DNA of 60,736 nt from Candidatus Levybacteria bacterium RBG_16_35_11 (GCA_001781995.1 MFNH01000071.1:1-60736), one strand, 5' to 3'. Shown: positions 26,415 through 36,628, numbered from the stretch's first letter. Notes: a model not told the origin generated them from the sequence alone. Translations and numbers: made by a program.

Positions 26415-27164
26415 TTAATTTTCTTTTACAAAATAAAATAAAACTGCACCGCAAAAAAATTTGTTAATTATTGGAGTTTTTTCAATAAAGGGTTCAATCA
26501 TCTTTAAAATTTTGGCGATTTTTTCATTGCAAAAATAGGGAACGAGACAATGAAATGATTCTTTTTTTAATATATAACCATTGTTTTTAAACCAACTTCT
26601 AAACGTTGGTGGCCAATATGATTTTTCTTCATGTTCCTTGTGATATTTAGAGGTTTTCTCAATAATCTTTAGAAAGGGGTTAAAACCATTCGGTTCCAAA
26701 ATTATAATCTCATCCAAAACTTTACTGATTTTTTTAATCGCTTTCTGAGGATAGTAAAGATGGTGAAAGACCCCCCAGGCAACCCCAATATCAAAAAAAT
26801 CTTTTTTAATTTTTGAATCCGCATCGTAAATACTGAAGTTCTGAAATTCTATTTTACCCGAATACTTCTTAGGCAATCTTTTCTTTGCGGATTCTACACC
26901 TTTTTTGGCTGGATCAAACCCTAGAATATATTTTGGGCTAATAGCTTTGATAAGAATAAGAGCAAAAGTTCCGTCTCCGCAGCCAATATCTAAAACTTTT
27001 AGTCTTCTTTTATAATTCTCTAAAATTGTATCTATAATCTCCTTAACTTGCCTTTCCCTCGAAACTCTTAGAGAATAAGCTTCCTCAGTGGTGTATAGGT
27101 ATCTTCCTTTTAAGGACACATCTCTATTAAATGCCGAAACACTCTTTTCTTTTTTAATTTTCAT
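26415..27164 (-). CDS. class I SAM-dependent methyltransferase
   Basis: Motif I VLDIGCGDG. Confidence 0.85.
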   Translation of the reverse strand: MKIKKEKSVSAFNRDVSLKGRYLYTTEEAYSLRVSRERQVKEIIDTILENYKRRLKVLDIGCGDGTFALILIKAISPKYILGFDPAKKGVESAKKRLPKKYSGKIEFQNFSIYDADSKIKKDFFDIGVAWGVFHHLYYPQKAIKKISKVLDEIIILEPNGFNPFLKIIEKTSKYHKEHEEKSYWPPTFRSWFKNNGYILKKESFHCLVPYFCNEKIAKILKMIEPFIEKTPIINKFFCGAVLFYFVKEN

Positions 27165-27264
27165 AACGATTTATTGTATCAGTTTAACGCCTATTTTTGT
27201 AACGAAAGGCAATAAGCATTGTGCAAGCTGAAATTAGTAGGTATAATTTTAAAACTAAAAAAGA

Positions 27265-28197
27265 ATGATAGAAATAAAATGCATCCTTTGTGGAGATAAA
27301 CAGAGAACTTCAATATTATTTAAAAAAAGTTTTTCCAGAAGAGATATAAATAAAACAGTTTTTTCCGCAAGGAGAAATCCCGATTCAGTCCATTATCAAA
27401 TTAACAAATGCGAAAGATGCGGAATGGTTTTTTCTTCTCCCGTGATTTCCTCAGGAAACATACTTAAGCTTTATAAAAATAGTAAATTTAATTATCAAGA
27501 TAAGGCTCATCTACTTTCAAAAACTTATCTTACCTATCTTAGAAAAAAGACAAAATATTCACAAAAATCAAGGATTTTGGACATAGGATGCGGAAACGGC
27601 TTTTTTCTCAAGGAAATTTTTGCAAAAGGAAACAAAAATATTTATGGGGTAGAACTAAGCAAAGATGCAGTATCAAAGGCAAGCAAAAATATAAAAGACA
27701 GAATAAAACTTACTCCACTTAAGAAAAATATTTATAGAAACGATTCTTTCGATTTAATTACCTGCTTTCATACCTTGGACCATGTTATCGATCCTAATAA
27801 TTTTATGAAAACTGTTTTTAATTATTTAAAACCAAAAGGACAAGTTTTTTTTATCGTACATGACGTGAAGGGATTATCTGTTAAAGTGTTTGGGGAAAAA
27901 TCTCCAATTTTCGACATTGAACACATTTTTCTTTTCAATGAAAATACCCTAAAAAAGCTTTTTTTGAAAAACGAATTTAGAAATATAAAGACTTTTAAAA
28001 TAAGGAATAGTTACAGCTTTTATGATTGGCTTATATCATCCCCTTTTCCGCTAAAAATAAAGAAACCAATTTCAGCTTTTTTAAAGACAACAGGCATAGG
28101 GAAAATGATGCTACATTTGAAAGCTGGTAACATAGGAATAATTGCTTCTAAGCGATATCAGCCAAAAAGGTTAGGAAAGAAGGTCGCGAAAAGGTAA
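27265..28197 (+). CDS. class I SAM-dependent methyltransferase with an N-terminal Cys4 ribbon
   Basis: CILCG...CERCG followed by ILDIGCGNG. Confidence 0.85.
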   Translation: MIEIKCILCGDKQRTSILFKKSFSRRDINKTVFSARRNPDSVHYQINKCERCGMVFSSPVISSGNILKLYKNSKFNYQDKAHLLSKTYLTYLRKKTKYSQKSRILDIGCGNGFFLKEIFAKGNKNIYGVELSKDAVSKASKNIKDRIKLTPLKKNIYRNDSFDLITCFHTLDHVIDPNNFMKTVFNYLKPKGQVFFIVHDVKGLSVKVFGEKSPIFDIEHIFLFNENTLKKLFLKNEFRNIKTFKIRNSYSFYDWLISSPFPLKIKKPISAFLKTTGIGKMMLHLKAGNIGIIASKRYQPKRLGKKVAKR

Positions 28198-29411
28198 AGA
28201 ATAATAGCAATAGCAATTCCCACAAAAGTCAAAATAACAACAGCATTCATTATTTTTGAGTTAATATAACCACCAAGAATTTTTTTATCATTTGAAAGAA
28301 CGTATAAGAAAATAAAGACCGGTAAAAGAAGTACCGCATTTATTGACTGAGTAATAATAAGGACAGGAATAAGGGGGACAAAGGGGAAAATTACCATTAA
28401 TGCTCCTAAGATTATGGAAAACGTAAAAATCCCGTAAAAATAAGGGGCCTCCCGAAATTTATAATTAAGGCCTGATTCAAGACCAAACGCTTCGGTAATA
28501 ACATAAGATGTTGAAAAAGGAACAAGGGCTGCTCCAAAAATTGACGCATTTAGAAAGCCAATTGCAAATAGCACAGAAGCAAATTGTCCGGCAAGGGGTT
28601 GAAGAGCCAAAGCTGCGTGTTTTGCATCAGTAATTGTAATTCCTTTTGTAAACAGGACTGCTGCAGAAGTAACTATTATAAAAAAAGCAATAAAATTTGT
28701 TAAGAAAGATCCGAAAAATACATCTCCTCTTTCAATTTTTAAATCCTCTTTGGAAAGCTTCTTATCTACAACATAACCTTGGATAAAGAATTGTCCCCAA
28801 GGTGTAATGGTTGTTCCAATTACTGCCATCATCATTAAAAAATAACCATGGCTAAATTGAAAAGTTGGAGTAACTAAGCTTTTTACCGCAAGCCCCCAAT
28901 CGGGATGAACAACAACTGCAGAAATAAGATAGGCAAAATAGAAAAAAGATAAGCCAAGAAAGACCCGCTCTAGCATTTTAAATCCCCCCCTTGTTACCAA
29001 AAAATATATAAAAACAGTTGCAACCGGGATTGAAATAAACCGAGGAACATTAAGAATCTCTAAAGATGCTCCTATTCCTGCAAATTCCGCAGCAATTACC
29101 CCTGTGTTACCAATAAAAAGGACTGCCATAACAAAAGTTGTCCATCCAATTCCAAACTTCTCTCGTATTAGTGAAGCAAGTCCCTTACCGGTTACAAGTC
29201 CCATTCTTGCTCCGATTTCTTGAGTTATTGCAAGCGAAAAAGTTGTTAAAAAAAGCACCCAAAGTAAAGAGTATCCAAAGTTTGCTCCGGCTACCGAATA
29301 TGTTGTAATTCCACCTGCGTCATTATCGGCAGTTCCCGCAATTATACCGGGACCGATTACGATTAGAAAAGGGAGTAATCGTTTAAATAATTTTCTTCTA
29401 AATTCCTTCAT
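28158..29411 (-). CDS. Nramp-related permease B (non-canonical metal site)
   Basis: GPGIIAGTADNDAGGITTYS in TM1 and GTTITPWGQFF in TM6; about 11 TM segments. Confidence 0.8.
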   Translation of the reverse strand: MKEFRRKLFKRLLPFLIVIGPGIIAGTADNDAGGITTYSVAGANFGYSLLWVLFLTTFSLAITQEIGARMGLVTGKGLASLIREKFGIGWTTFVMAVLFIGNTGVIAAEFAGIGASLEILNVPRFISIPVATVFIYFLVTRGGFKMLERVFLGLSFFYFAYLISAVVVHPDWGLAVKSLVTPTFQFSHGYFLMMMAVIGTTITPWGQFFIQGYVVDKKLSKEDLKIERGDVFFGSFLTNFIAFFIIVTSAAVLFTKGITITDAKHAALALQPLAGQFASVLFAIGFLNASIFGAALVPFSTSYVITEAFGLESGLNYKFREAPYFYGIFTFSIILGALMVIFPFVPLIPVLIITQSINAVLLLPVFIFLYVLSNDKKILGGYINSKIMNAVVILTFVGIAIAIILYLFATFFPNLFG

Positions 29412-30585
29412 ATTCAGCGCTTTCCTCTTCGATTCTTGCTAAGATTGAGTCAATTGTTATTATTCCGATAGGTTTTTTCTCTCTATCTACAACTGGAAGG
29501 ACTCTTAAATTGTAGTGGGTAAAAATTTCCAAGATCTTTTTAAAATCAACATATGGGTAAGTAAATTTTCTCTCAGAAACAATATCTTTAAGCTGAGCAA
29601 GAGGATCTTTATCTATTAGGTCTTTTATGTAAGTTACGCCAACAAATCTTTCAGCGCCGTTCGTAATTATAATTGCCTCAGGTTTTATTTCTTCCGTTGA
29701 AAGCTCACTCATTAGTTCTTTAACGGTTTTATTTCCATCTATTGAAAGAAAGTTTAAAATCATTAAACCTCCGGCAGTATCTTGGGGGAATTTAACTAAT
29801 CTTTCAACAGTTGCCGCTTTTTCTCCTCCTAATAATTTAAGAATTTCTGCTAATCTTAGAGGGTTAAGTTTATAGAAAATGTCTGCGATTTCAGAAACCC
29901 GCATTCTATTTACTACTTTTTCCAAAAAACTGGGAGGCAACTGTTCCAATATTGCTTCTTGAGTGTGCTCTTCTGCTTCTTCGATTGCCTCAGCTGCCTT
30001 TTCTGTGTCTAAACTTTCAACGATTCCAAGCCTTTCTTTTGTGCCTGCTTCTTCCAAAATATCTGCCAGTTCACTTGGATGGAAAGTATTTAATCGTGTT
30101 TGAGTTACTTTAATTTTTATATTCCCGGTTTCATAGTCAAAGGCTTCTATCATTTGCCAGGGAAGAATTTTTGACTCTGCTTTGATTAATTTTCCCAAAT
30201 GAAGCCTTCTTAAAAGTCCTGCAAGTCCAATGTCTATGCCAATTACTTTAATTTCGCCATTTCGCTCTAAAAGCACATCATTTACTCGAACTAATCTTTT
30301 TCCGTCGATATCGATAACTTGTTTATCCAATAAATCCTCATTTAAATAAAAGTCTTTAGTGTCATAGGGCAGGATAGGAAAATCGGTTGTTTTAAGAATA
30401 GCTCCTCTGGTGTGGAATTCGATTGAATTTGGAGGAACGGTTATTTTTCTCGATCCAATTTTTATTACAACCTTAGAAAGGGAAGGTTGGGGATGATTTT
30501 CAAATACGGAAGCATCAATAATTTTGCCGTATTTTTTTTTCTGAAAATAAACGTTTTTATTGACAATTTGACTTAAATAAATCAT
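29398..30585 (-). CDS. soluble PRC-barrel-like / MgtE N-terminal domain / CBS-pair protein
   Basis: The MgtE_N-like segment is LADILEEAGTKERLGIVESLDTEKAAEAIE. C-terminal CBS-like repeats follow, and there are no TM segments. Confidence 0.75.
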   Translation of the reverse strand: MIYLSQIVNKNVYFQKKKYGKIIDASVFENHPQPSLSKVVIKIGSRKITVPPNSIEFHTRGAILKTTDFPILPYDTKDFYLNEDLLDKQVIDIDGKRLVRVNDVLLERNGEIKVIGIDIGLAGLLRRLHLGKLIKAESKILPWQMIEAFDYETGNIKIKVTQTRLNTFHPSELADILEEAGTKERLGIVESLDTEKAAEAIEEAEEHTQEAILEQLPPSFLEKVVNRMRVSEIADIFYKLNPLRLAEILKLLGGEKAATVERLVKFPQDTAGGLMILNFLSIDGNKTVKELMSELSTEEIKPEAIIITNGAERFVGVTYIKDLIDKDPLAQLKDIVSERKFTYPYVDFKKILEIFTHYNLRVLPVVDREKKPIGIITIDSILARIEEESAEYEGI

Positions 30586-30648
30586 ATTTTAATTTTAGTT
30601 TTGCCTCAGTTGATCTGTCAAGGATTAATACGCTTTTTTTAGAACTAA

Positions 30649-31959
30649 TCAAAGGAGTAAAAACATTGAAACCGCGGCTGCTGCCATCGCAAAAAACGTA
30701 AGCCAGACAAGTGTTTTTGAAATTTTCCCGCTTTTGTATTCACCCATAATTTTTTCGTTAGAGGCAATTTTGGCAATTAAGAAAATTAACGGAACTGCCA
30801 CAACTCCGTTAATTACTGCTGTTACAACTAAAGCTTTCATTGGATCAATACCAACAAAATTAATAGCTAGTCCTATTAAAGTTGCAATTATAATTACACC
30901 ATAAAAGCCATGAGCCCGTTTTAATTTTAAGTTTAAACCCTCATTCCAGTTAACCGCCTCAGCTACGGCATAAGACGCAGATCCCGCAAGAACAGGAACA
31001 GCCAAAAGTCCTAAGCCAATTATTCCAAAGGAAAAAATGCATTTTGCTAAAAATCCCGAATTAGGAAAGGTTTGAACAAGCGGTTCAAGCGCTTTAGCAG
31101 CATCAGCCGCGGTATTAATATTTGTAATGCCACTTACATAAAGAGTGCCTGCGGTTGTAACGATAATTGCCCACATTGTAATTTCTGAAGCAGTCATTCC
31201 TATAAGGGTGTCTATCCGGATTAAACGGATGAAATTCCAGCTAATTCTTGGAGGACTACTAATAGTTGATAAGTGTTTGGCTTTTTCTTCTTCGACCTCT
31301 TCACTTGCTTGCCAGAAAAACATGTATGGAGAAATTGTTGTTCCTAAAACTCCTGTAATCATAAAAAAGAAGCCAAAAGAAAATTCAAAATGGGGAATTA
31401 AGGTAGATTTTAATATCTCTATCCACGGTTCATTAATAATAAAAACCGTAATTAGATATGAGACAAGTGCAAGAGAAAGCCACTTTAAAATCCTTGCATA
31501 AACTCTGTAGGAACTAAAGATTTCCAAAAGAAGAACAATAATCGTAAATAGTATGGTTAGAATAACAAATGGGATGGGAACAATTAGCTGTGCTGCTGCA
31601 GCAACAGCGCCAATATCAGCTCCGATATTAACTGTATTTGCTATAACAACAAGAATAACCGCAGATAATACTATTTTTTTGCTATAAAATTGTTTGCATA
31701 CTGCAACAATCCCTTTTCCCGTAACAACACCAATTCTTGCGCATGCTTCTTGGACTGCAGTTTGGAAGGGAAGCATAAAAAGTGACGTCCAAAGCAGGCC
31801 ATAGCCAAACTGTGCTCCCGTTTGTGAGTAGGTTGCGATCCCCGATGGGTCGTCATCTGCAGCCCCTGTTACAAGACCTGGTCCCAATATTCTTAAGAAA
31901 CGGCTAAACTTATGCCTTATTTTATTGGCTTCTTTTTCCACATTTTCAGTGTTCCACAA
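30649..31959 (-). CDS. Nramp-related permease A (non-canonical metal site)
   Basis: [20 protein letters not shown] in TM1 and [12 protein letters not shown] in TM6. The start is uncertain: TTG at 31959 or GTG at 31941. Confidence 0.8.
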   Translation of the reverse strand: MWNTENVEKEANKIRHKFSRFLRILGPGLVTGAADDDPSGIATYSQTGAQFGYGLLWTSLFMLPFQTAVQEACARIGVVTGKGIVAVCKQFYSKKIVLSAVILVVIANTVNIGADIGAVAAAAQLIVPIPFVILTILFTIIVLLLEIFSSYRVYARILKWLSLALVSYLITVFIINEPWIEILKSTLIPHFEFSFGFFFMITGVLGTTISPYMFFWQASEEVEEEKAKHLSTISSPPRISWNFIRLIRIDTLIGMTASEITMWAIIVTTAGTLYVSGITNINTAADAAKALEPLVQTFPNSGFLAKCIFSFGIIGLGLLAVPVLAGSASYAVAEAVNWNEGLNLKLKRAHGFYGVIIIATLIGLAINFVGIDPMKALVVTAVINGVVAVPLIFLIAKIASNEKIMGEYKSGKISKTLVWLTFFAMAAAAVSMFLLL

Positions 31960-31985
31960 CTAGAAAGTTTAGTCAACAACAAGCA

Positions 31986-32014
31986 TTGACAAGTAGCAGA
32001 TGTTATGGTAGACT
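31986..32014 (+). promoter_or_regulatory. promoter TTGACA-17nt-TAGACT upstream of lon
   Basis: TTGACA at 31986-31991 is the codon the ORF track used as a start. TAGACT is at 32009-32014. Confidence 0.4.
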
Positions 32015-32036
32015 GCTAATACTTGAAGCTAAAAAT

Positions 32037-34412
32037 ATGATAAAAACTGTTCCAATAATCCCTATAAGGGACGGAATAATTTTCCCAAATACAGATTCTG
32101 TTTTAACTTTTGGCAGGCCTAAAAGCTTAACCGCATTGGAATCTTCATTTTCAAATGAAAGAATTGTCGGATTTGTCCTTCAAAAAAACGCAAGACTAAA
32201 TGATCCAATCCCTTCAGAACTTTATACAATCGGAACTTTATCAAGAATTGAGCGAATGATTAAAAATGATGGAGAAATTAACGCTCAGGTTAAAGGGATT
32301 TCAAGAATAAAAATTCTCTCCTATGAACAAACCCACCCTTATTTGATAGCTAAAGTTGAAGAAATAGAATCGGAAACTGCAGAAACTCCCGAAATAAAAG
32401 CCTTAACAAACCATTTAATAAATGAATTCAGAAAAGCAATGAACCTTGGAAAATTTGTTGACTTTTTGGTATTTATGAATATTATGTCGGAAAATACACC
32501 GTCCCAACTGGCTGACCTTATTGCTTCTGTTTTAGATCTAAAACCTTCGGAAAGACAGGTGCTTTTGGAAATGCTCGATGTTAAAAAAAGACTTGAAAGA
32601 GTAAATGACTATCTCTCCAAAGAGATAAAAGTTTTAGATCTTGAGAAAAAAATTGCCTCAAAAACCCAGGAAAGGTTTGAAAAAGGTGCTCGTGAAGTAA
32701 TGCTTAGAGAAAGACTTAAGACAATAGAAAAAGAATTAGGAGAAACAGACGAGGACAGCGAAATAAAAGAGTTAATGGAAGCGATTAAAAAGGCAAAGAT
32801 GCCCCAAGACATAGAGGAAAAAATAAAAAAAGAAGTAAAGAAGCTTTCTCAAATGAACCAATTTAATCCTGAAGCAGGTTACATCAGAAATTACGTGGAC
32901 TGGATTTTAAGTCTTCCTTGGAGTATGGAGAGCAAAAATGACGTAAATATCAAAGCTGCGGAAAAAATTTTAGACGAGGATCATTACGGTTTAAAAAAAG
33001 TTAAAGAACGAATTGTTGAATATTTGGCAGTTAATAAGCTAGCCGGAAAAATGAAAGGACCGATTCTTTGTTTTGTAGGGCCCCCCGGAGTTGGTAAAAC
33101 ATCAATTGGAAGATCTATTGCCAGGGCACTGAATAGAAAATTTGTAAAAGTATCTTTAGGGGGAATTAGAGATGAGGCAGAAATTAGAGGTCACAGACGA
33201 ACCTATGTTGGGGCAATGCCGGGAAGAATTATTCAAGGAATAAAAGATGCCGGAACGAAAAACCCTGTCTTTATGCTTGATGAAATTGATAAGGTAGGGA
33301 CAGATTTTCGGGGAGATCCTTCATCGGCACTTTTAGAAGCATTGGACCCTGAACAAAACAACATGTTCTCAGACCACTATCTTGAAGTTCCCTTTGACCT
33401 TTCTGACGTTATGTTTATAACAACTGCAAATGTATTAGACACAATCCCACCTGCACTTAGAGATAGACTTGAGGTTATAAATTTTTCAGGATATACCCAA
33501 GATGAAAAGTTTCACATCGCAAAAAACCATCTACTTAAAAAACAATTGGAAAACCATGGTTTAACAGCAAAAATGGTAGAAGTTGCGGATGAGTCAATTA
33601 GTTTTATTGCTCAGCATTACACAAGAGAAGCAGGGGTAAGAGGTTTGGAAAGGCAGATTTCGGCGGTATTTAGAAAAATCGCAAAAATGGTTGCTGAAGG
33701 CTGGAATAAAAAGGTTCTTGTTAATGAAAAAGTGGCTCAAAAACTTCTAGGGCCAATTAAATTCAGCTCGACAATGCTTGAGAAAAAGGATGAGGTAGGA
33801 ATGTCAACTGGTCTTGCCTGGACAGAAGCAGGGGGAGATGTGCTGTTTATAGAAGTTGCTCTAATGCCAGGAAAAGGAAACTTAATCTTAACAGGGCAAT
33901 TAGGGGACGTAATGAAAGAATCATGTACCGCCGCAATGTCATATATTCGGGCCAGGGCAGTTCAACTTGGACTTGAAGAAAAGTTTTACCAGAAAATTGA
34001 TGTTCATGTTCATGTTCCAGAAGGTGCCGTTCCAAAGGACGGACCATCTGCGGGAATTCCCATAACAGCAGCAATTGTTTCTGCTTTAACTAGAATTCCG
34101 GTTGATCGAAAAATTGCCATGACTGGAGAAGTAACTCTTAGGGGGAGAGTCTTAGAAATTGGTGGAGTAAAAGAGAAAGTTATCGCAGGCCACAGAGCAG
34201 GTATACAAACGGTTGTTATGCCAAAAGAAAATAAGAAAGATTTGGAAGATGTGCCAAAAGAAGTTCAGAAAGACCTTAAATTTAAATATGTGTCTCATAT
34301 GGATGAAGTTTTGGCAATTGCTTTAAAAAGGCCGTTGAAAAAGACAGAAGAACAGGCAACCGCAAGAAAACCGGCTCTTCTTCATGCCACAATCTCCCAA
34401 AAAGCAAATTAA
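32037..34412 (+). CDS. lon: ATP-dependent Lon protease
   Basis: LON N-domain ([12 protein letters not shown]), Walker [10 protein letters not shown], and catalytic KDGPSAG. Confidence 0.95.
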   Translation: MIKTVPIIPIRDGIIFPNTDSVLTFGRPKSLTALESSFSNERIVGFVLQKNARLNDPIPSELYTIGTLSRIERMIKNDGEINAQVKGISRIKILSYEQTHPYLIAKVEEIESETAETPEIKALTNHLINEFRKAMNLGKFVDFLVFMNIMSENTPSQLADLIASVLDLKPSERQVLLEMLDVKKRLERVNDYLSKEIKVLDLEKKIASKTQERFEKGAREVMLRERLKTIEKELGETDEDSEIKELMEAIKKAKMPQDIEEKIKKEVKKLSQMNQFNPEAGYIRNYVDWILSLPWSMESKNDVNIKAAEKILDEDHYGLKKVKERIVEYLAVNKLAGKMKGPILCFVGPPGVGKTSIGRSIARALNRKFVKVSLGGIRDEAEIRGHRRTYVGAMPGRIIQGIKDAGTKNPVFMLDEIDKVGTDFRGDPSSALLEALDPEQNNMFSDHYLEVPFDLSDVMFITTANVLDTIPPALRDRLEVINFSGYTQDEKFHIAKNHLLKKQLENHGLTAKMVEVADESISFIAQHYTREAGVRGLERQISAVFRKIAKMVAEGWNKKVLVNEKVAQKLLGPIKFSSTMLEKKDEVGMSTGLAWTEAGGDVLFIEVALMPGKGNLILTGQLGDVMKESCTAAMSYIRARAVQLGLEEKFYQKIDVHVHVPEGAVPKDGPSAGIPITAAIVSALTRIPVDRKIAMTGEVTLRGRVLEIGGVKEKVIAGHRAGIQTVVMPKENKKDLEDVPKEVQKDLKFKYVSHMDEVLAIALKRPLKKTEEQATARKPALLHATISQKAN

Positions 34413-34417
34413 GATAG

Positions 34418-34426
34418 TTGTATAAT
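34418..34426 (+). promoter_or_regulatory. extended -10 TTGTATAAT, 9 nt upstream of ATG 34436
   Basis: Exact TGTATAAT, a motif that recurs at 36773, 38750 and 44177. Confidence 0.5.
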
Positions 34427-34435
34427 ATCTTCAAA

Positions 34436-35887
34436 ATGCGGCTTTTGAAGAGAATCCTCGTAAAGGATAAAGTTTGTTTTAGATTGCTTCTTTTCTGGGT
34501 TTTTATTCTTTCAATTGCCTATTCATCTCTTTCTCTTTTAAGACACATCCATTTTCAATCAGGCGCTTTTGATCTTGGAATATTTGATCAGACCATCTGG
34601 CAATACGCTCATTTTCTATCTCCAATAAACACAATTAAAGAAAAGTTTATTCTTGGCGATCACTTAAATCTTACTCTTCCTTTTCTTGCGCCCTTGTATT
34701 GGGTTTGGCAGGATGTCAAACTCTTACTTATTTTCCAGGCTTTTTTTATAACCTTTTCAGCAATTCCTATTTATAAAGTTTCAAGAATAAGGAAATTTTC
34801 TCCTTTTGTTTCATTATGTCTCTCCTTTATTTATAGCCTTTTTTTTGGGATTCAATTTGCTGTCTTTTTTGATTTTCACCCAATTGTTATAGGAGTTGGT
34901 CTCCTTACCTGGTTTATATATTTTTTTGAGGCAAAAAACCTGCCTGCCGGCAGGCAGGGAAAAAAACTGTTTTGGATATTTTTAACTTTAATACTTTTAA
35001 CCCAGGAAAATATGGGAATTGCCCTTTCAGGAATTGGTTTAATTTACCTTTTTAAAAAAGAATATAGAAAACCTGCAATATTATTTATTGTTGGAGGGTT
35101 GATAGTCAGTCTAACATCTGTAAAGATTGTGGGTTTGTTGTCTCAAACAGGATACCAATACTGGCCTTCTCTTAGTTTAAACCCTATTCAATTGCTTTCT
35201 AACTTTTTTGATTCACCAGAAAAAAGGTTAGTCTGGCTCTATTCATTTAGCTGGTTTACTTTTTTGCCAATTCTTTCTCCAGGAACAATCCTTGCTGTTT
35301 TTTTGGATCTTTCCCAATATTTTATTCCCCAAAAACAATTCGGGCATATGGTTACTCCCTTTTTACATCACAGGGCAATACTTGCTCCACTTATAACATT
35401 GGGTTTATTTGATGTTCTTTTATTTTTAAAAAAGAAAATAAATATATCTATTCTCGTTGTAATTTTAGTTTTAAGCTCAATAAGTCAGCAATTCATTTTT
35501 CATTTTCCACTTAATAAAATTTCAAAATTAAGTTACTGGCAAAATGAGCAATGGATGGATGATAATAGAAAATTATTTACCCTACTTCCAAAAGGAACAT
35601 CTGTTGCTGCTTCCCAGAATTTAGTTTCCCATTTATCACAAAGGAAAGAGATCTATCTTGTTTACCCAAGAATTAAAGATAATATTTGCAAAGGTTGCTG
35701 GTGGCTTGAATTTGCCGGAAAACCAGAGTATCTAGTTGTTGATCTTCATCCCAATCAGTGGGTGACTCAACTGCTTGAATCAAATGAAAATTTCCAAAGC
35801 GCAGTTAAAAATATGGAGAAAAAAGGAAAGATTGCAAAATTTAAAAACATCAACAACGCCTATATATATAAAATAAATTATAAATAA
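34436..35887 (+). CDS. DUF2079-like polytopic membrane protein (putative GT-C glycosyltransferase)
   Basis: SGAFDLGIFDQTIWQY motif near the N-terminus, then many TM segments. Confidence 0.65.
   Translation: MRLLKRILVKDKVCFRLLLFWVFILSIAYSSLSLLRHIHFQSGAFDLGIFDQTIWQYAHFLSPINTIKEKFILGDHLNLTLPFLAPLYWVWQDVKLLLIFQAFFITFSAIPIYKVSRIRKFSPFVSLCLSFIYSLFFGIQFAVFFDFHPIVIGVGLLTWFIYFFEAKNLPAGRQGKKLFWIFLTLILLTQENMGIALSGIGLIYLFKKEYRKPAILFIVGGLIVSLTSVKIVGLLSQTGYQYWPSLSLNPIQLLSNFFDSPEKRLVWLYSFSWFTFLPILSPGTILAVFLDLSQYFIPQKQFGHMVTPFLHHRAILAPLITLGLFDVLLFLKKKINISILVVILVLSSISQQFIFHFPLNKISKLSYWQNEQWMDDNRKLFTLLPKGTSVAASQNLVSHLSQRKEIYLVYPRIKDNICKGCWWLEFAGKPEYLVVDLHPNQWVTQLLESNENFQSAVKNMEKKGKIAKFKNINNAYIYKINYK
34939..34958. 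repeat. perfect 20-bp GC-rich palindrome inside the DUF2079-like CDS
   Basis: cctgcctgccggcaggcagg, flanked by A-runs on both sides; it encodes LPAGRQG. Confidence 0.9.
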
Positions 35888-35919
35888 ACAGTGTTAAAAG
35901 CGATGGTCAATTCACTTTT

Positions 35920-36615
35920 TTAACTTTTGTGGAAGAGTTTATTATAAACCCTCTTTATGGGTGAAAAAGGCTTTATTTCTTCCTCAACTGATTCCTCTTC
36001 ATTTCTTAATCTTTCTTCAGCCTCTTTTTCTATAAGATCCTGAATTAGGGGACTTGATGTAATTCTTCCAGCTGAAATTTCTTTTTCTAATTCCCAAACA
36101 CCTACATCAAGGCCACTATTTATTAACGTTAATAACAAAGTATTTAACTCTTCTGCCGTTGGAGCCTGAGCAAGCACGCTTTTTCTTAAAGCTGTAAACT
36201 GCTCTTTTCCCATCACGGTTTCTAGACGTTCGACATATTTCCAATTGCTATTATCTGGCTTAAGATCTGCGTCTCCGGCATAATATGTTGCACAAAGTGT
36301 GTAGCCATCGATTTCTGGAAGTTGCTCTAGAATTTTCATCGCTCGCAAAGTCTGAACAGCTTTATGGGGTATAATTAATCCCCAGCTGTAGCATGCACCA
36401 CTCTTATCTGGTAATTGATATCCTACGCCTAACTCTCCTAACCAATTTCTGTCCCCATAGACTATTGGGATGACTCTTTGCTGTTCTCCATCGACAATTT
36501 TTATAGTTTCTTGTCCGCTGAGGGCAATAAACCTGGTTTGACCTCTTTCTTGTTCTTGATGAGAAGTTCTTTCTGTCATGGGGGAGAATATATCATATGG
36601 GTAATGTGTTGTCAA
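35920..36615 (-). CDS. hypothetical cytoplasmic protein (231 aa)
   Basis: Intact ORF starting 13 nt downstream of tRNA-Glu. No motif recognised. Confidence 0.5.
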   Translation of the reverse strand: MTTHYPYDIFSPMTERTSHQEQERGQTRFIALSGQETIKIVDGEQQRVIPIVYGDRNWLGELGVGYQLPDKSGACYSWGLIIPHKAVQTLRAMKILEQLPEIDGYTLCATYYAGDADLKPDNSNWKYVERLETVMGKEQFTALRKSVLAQAPTAEELNTLLLTLINSGLDVGVWELEKEISAGRITSSPLIQDLIEKEAEERLRNEEESVEEEIKPFSPIKRVYNKLFHKS

Positions 36616-36628
36616 CTATGGGACTAAG

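Noticed and set aside
31986-32036. ORF-track N-terminal extensions starting at TTG or an upstream ATG. Affected genes are lon, and the genes at 34418, 36758, 38728, 44177, 20093, 11571 (minus), 4575 (minus), 50502 and 54239.
   Set aside because: In most cases the extension contains the gene's own -35/-10 elements, and the TTG is part of TTGACA or TTGTATAAT. For 50502 and 54239 a downstream MKK... start gives a normal signal-anchor N-terminus and a typical short overlap with the preceding gene. Starts were moved accordingly.
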